NCBI GenBank assembly: GCA_046754065.1
Contig: JBHHVB010000007.1
Span: 6,881-70,880 of the forward strand
Length of the DNA stretch: 64,000 nt
Direction: 5' to 3'
Source: Gammaproteobacteria bacterium
GTDB lineage: Bacteria > Pseudomonadota > Gammaproteobacteria > SZUA-140
The notes under the pieces were generated by a model. It did no database searches. It was not told where the DNA came from and saw only the letters and a program-made list of their open reading frames with translations. Positions 61,577 to 64,000 of this stretch are shown piece by piece; position 1 is the first letter of the stretch, and every line of letters starts with the position of its first letter. The position numbers and the translations under genes are program-made.

Positions 61577-61604
61577 ATTTCCGCCTTGACAAGCCAACAA
61601 CGCC
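61577..61604 (+). promoter_or_regulatory. Near-consensus sigma70 promoter (TTGACA-16 nt-TATAAT)
   Basis: ttgaca at 61577-61582, a 16-nt spacer and tataat at 61599-61604. This predicts a TSS near 61611, about 380 nt upstream of the next ORF. Confidence 0.5.
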
Positions 61605-61990
61605 CCCTATAATAGCCGCTTTTTGGCTTGCAGGACGTTGTAGAGCTGGAAATTCAAGGGATAAGCTGTTAGTTTTCTTGTTTTTTAATTAGAAACACCA
61701 TATAGTACACAGGTTTTGTTAAAAGACACTATATATAGTTTCCTCCTTGCAGTGGCAATACTTGATAGGCCAGTAAGGTGACTCGAATTGGTAGCCTGAG
61801 GGAACCGTCGATTAATTCCGACGGAGGGCAAAGGTCAAATACTAGTTCGAAAATAAATTCCTAATAATAATAATTGTTTGACCGATACAGTATCTTTAAT
61901 GAGGTGCATGGCCAGGCGAAATCGTCGGCCAGACAAGTTGGTATGAACAATAGTTTTTGCTGGTTGTGAAAAGCTTATTTTAGGAAATTT

Positions 61991-63364
61991 ATGAAATCGT
62001 CACCAAAATTTAGTTTGTTGTTGCGAATCTGCTTAACGGTTTTTATATCGTTATGCTTTGCTGCGTGTAATAACCTAAACGATTTACACGGTAATAATTC
62101 TAGCGGAACTGATTTTTCCATTGGTGTCTCAGCCAATTCGGTCGTTGGTACCCAGACCGTTACCGAATCAAAAATTGAGATCAACGGCCAGACAAACAGT
62201 GAAGCCATAGAAGCCCTAAATATTTCCGGGGCTGACTTTACGCTTGATATTTCTGCGAGTGCGACCTACCCCGTGATCATAAGTACCGTGGATGGAACTA
62301 ATGTTGTTACCGGATTATCTGAAGAACTCACTTTGCATTCAGTAATAATGTCAGAAAATCAAAAAACGGCGAACCTCAATTCACTTTCCACAATCATCGC
62401 CAAAACCGCGCAAGCCATGCCAGGCGGATTGACAGATGATAATTTTGCGCTTGCAAATCAATACGTCCAGCAAAGCCTGAATTTTGGTCTGGACACGCAG
62501 CTGATCGAGAATGCTGTGACATCAACTGTCAATGAAAATAATGTAGCGGCCTTGGTCAAAGCCAGCGAATCTTTTTCAGAGTCGCTTCGTAGAACAATAT
62601 CTGCACTACAAATAATCGGGTTGACGGTGACGCTTGATGATCTTGTTGAGGCCTTGGCTGCTGACCTGATCGATGGGTACCTGGATGGATCCGGAGGCGA
62701 AAAAGCAAAAGCACTCTATACGGCAACGACCCTCATCGTAGCCGGACAGGTCATCATTGAAGCACTTAGCAATAATCTGGCTCTAAACCAAATTCAGGAT
62801 AATGGCCAATTGGATAATGCGGTGAAAATTATGGTCCCTGCTACCGAGACCACTATTGAAGATGTATCAATTACTCCAGAATTATTGATTCAACTTCGTC
62901 ACGCACTAAACGTAGCAAAACTGGTGACTCCTGGAGAAAATATATCCACACTGATGCTTGCATTAAACACACTTGATGCAGGCCAAAGCGCAGCAGAAAT
63001 GGGTTCATTATTGCCACCATCAAGAGGCGCTGAACTTAACGATGCCATTACACTTGCATCATTAACTATAAACATTGAGCTTAGCAAAGTTTACGCGATG
63101 GAAAACATCGCCGCACCATCAGATTCGAATCTAACACTTGCATGGAATTCACCAGATCAGAACATCATAGGTTATATCGTCTATTACGGTGATTCTCCCC
63201 TTACTGCGTCATCCATCGTCTCAGAAACTAATCAATCGGCGATCACATTTGATGTCGACAAGGACCTGGGTCTGAAACCTGGAGACAACCTGTGCCTGAG
63301 ATTAAAAGCCTATAATCAGTTTGGCCTGTCAGATTTCTCAGGCGCTGCCTGTATGGTATTATAA
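61991..63364 (+). CDS. Lipoprotein with C-terminal fibronectin type III-like domain
   Basis: Lipobox LCFAAC. Thr/Ser-rich N-terminal region. C-terminal NLTLAWNSPDQNIIGYIVYYGDSPL...LKPGDNLCLRLKAYNQFGLSDFS is FN3-like. Confidence 0.6.
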   Translation: MKSSPKFSLLLRICLTVFISLCFAACNNLNDLHGNNSSGTDFSIGVSANSVVGTQTVTESKIEINGQTNSEAIEALNISGADFTLDISASATYPVIISTVDGTNVVTGLSEELTLHSVIMSENQKTANLNSLSTIIAKTAQAMPGGLTDDNFALANQYVQQSLNFGLDTQLIENAVTSTVNENNVAALVKASESFSESLRRTISALQIIGLTVTLDDLVEALAADLIDGYLDGSGGEKAKALYTATTLIVAGQVIIEALSNNLALNQIQDNGQLDNAVKIMVPATETTIEDVSITPELLIQLRHALNVAKLVTPGENISTLMLALNTLDAGQSAAEMGSLLPPSRGAELNDAITLASLTINIELSKVYAMENIAAPSDSNLTLAWNSPDQNIIGYIVYYGDSPLTASSIVSETNQSAITFDVDKDLGLKPGDNLCLRLKAYNQFGLSDFSGAACMVL

Positions 63365-63586
63365 CGCGAGAATAATTAACGCAATCTCGTTAGTAGTACA
63401 AAATTCCCAATCTATATCGGCAATTTCTGATACTGGAAATCCGGTACCGGCGATTCATGGTCTACAGTCATTCGCATGAAAAATTAAGTTTTCGTTAAGA
63501 ATATCTTATTAAGATGACATTCAACTTCTGCAATATATAGTGCTTCACATTTTTTATCGAAACGGAACTTTTCAATAAATCGCATC

Positions 63587-64000
63587 ATGCAGCCAACCAG
63601 ACAAAGATCATCGCAAACGGGTAAAGCCGGTACTACTGTTGCAGTCCTCACAGCAGGTTTGATACTGGGCATATCTACCGCAGCAACTGCTGCGGTTGGC
63701 ACTCCCACTGTCACCTATAACCTGTTCTCCAGCGATAGTTCAATCCGACTCAATAGCCAACTATTATCTAGCGATGCCATAACACACAATGAGAACAGGT
63801 ACATATACGTTTATCCAACAGATAACATAGCCAAAGTCGAATATTACCTTGATGGAATTGCGTACCAGACAGAATATTATCGGCCATATGATTTCTCCGG
63901 TACTGTTAAGGGAGTTGCGTCTCCGTTCTTTACCGGCGACCTGTCACCCGGTACTCACAACATCACGGCAGAGTTATTCCTTAAAAACGGAACCGTTATT
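63587..64000 (+). CDS. Secreted hypothetical protein (partial, continues past window end)
   Basis: ATG 63587 and signal-like AGTTVAVLTAGLILGISTAATAAVG. No stop before 64000. Confidence 0.45.
   Translation, partial: MQPTRQRSSQTGKAGTTVAVLTAGLILGISTAATAAVGTPTVTYNLFSSDSSIRLNSQLLSSDAITHNENRYIYVYPTDNIAKVEYYLDGIAYQTEYYRPYDFSGTVKGVASPFFTGDLSPGTHNITAELFLKNGTVI

Noticed and set aside
61169-61990. Possible tRNA/tmRNA in the 820-bp intergenic region
   Set aside because: There is no cloverleaf-compatible sequence (no GTTCGAATC-type T-arm with matching acceptor stem). The region is retained only as a candidate regulatory leader or sRNA.

Overview
This window reads as a chromosomal segment of a gammaproteobacterium with moderate GC content. 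The first ~42 kb is mostly conserved housekeeping genes. The last ~22 kb is an accessory cell-surface / exopolysaccharide (EPS) region.

Housekeeping genes identified by motif and by comparison to E. coli/Pseudomonas proteins from memory:
- dcd, which is interrupted by an intein.
- mrp/apbC and metG, divergently arranged as in E. coli.
- A complete rnfABCDGE-nth block.
- argG.
- A heterodimeric-E1 2-oxo acid dehydrogenase operon (E1alpha, E1beta, E2-E3).
- An M17 aminopeptidase, slyX, a short MoeA-like protein, pyrC and rnt.
- A receiver-GGDEF response regulator, grxD, a lone hyuB-like gene, sodB, a NUDIX hydrolase and a GGCT-like protein.
- argD, argF, an orphan ABC ATPase and cytochrome c4.

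Accessory region:
- A WbaP-type priming sugar transferase, a Wzz-like protein, an 885-aa multi-SLBB Wza-like exporter, a YjbH/GfcD-like outer-membrane protein and a small YjbE/GfcA-like Gly/Ala/Ser-rich protein.
- A 697-aa membrane protein with a degenerate (HLD) J domain.
- Three CRTAC1 (FG-GAP + ASPIC/UnbV) paralogues bracketing a sulfotransferase.
- A lipoprotein with a C-terminal FN3 domain, downstream of a near-consensus sigma70 promoter and a ~380-nt leader.

Notable items seen directly in the sequence:
- A 375-aa intein with an HNH homing endonuclease inside dCTP deaminase.
- A full-length E2-E3 (dihydrolipoamide acyltransferase-dihydrolipoamide dehydrogenase) fusion ORF of 1011 aa.
- A 292-bp MITE-like element with perfect 23-bp terminal inverted repeats inserted exactly at the rnfE stop codon.
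- A 1344-aa secreted multi-beta-propeller protein with a DUF11 domain and a GlyGly-CTERM-like sorting tail.
- A di-haem cytochrome c peroxidase translationally coupled to a PAS-GGDEF-EAL sensor.

No rRNA, tRNA, CRISPR array or obvious prophage was found. Start codons were re-evaluated where the ORF track used distant alternative starts. All family assignments are from motif and sequence memory, without a database search.
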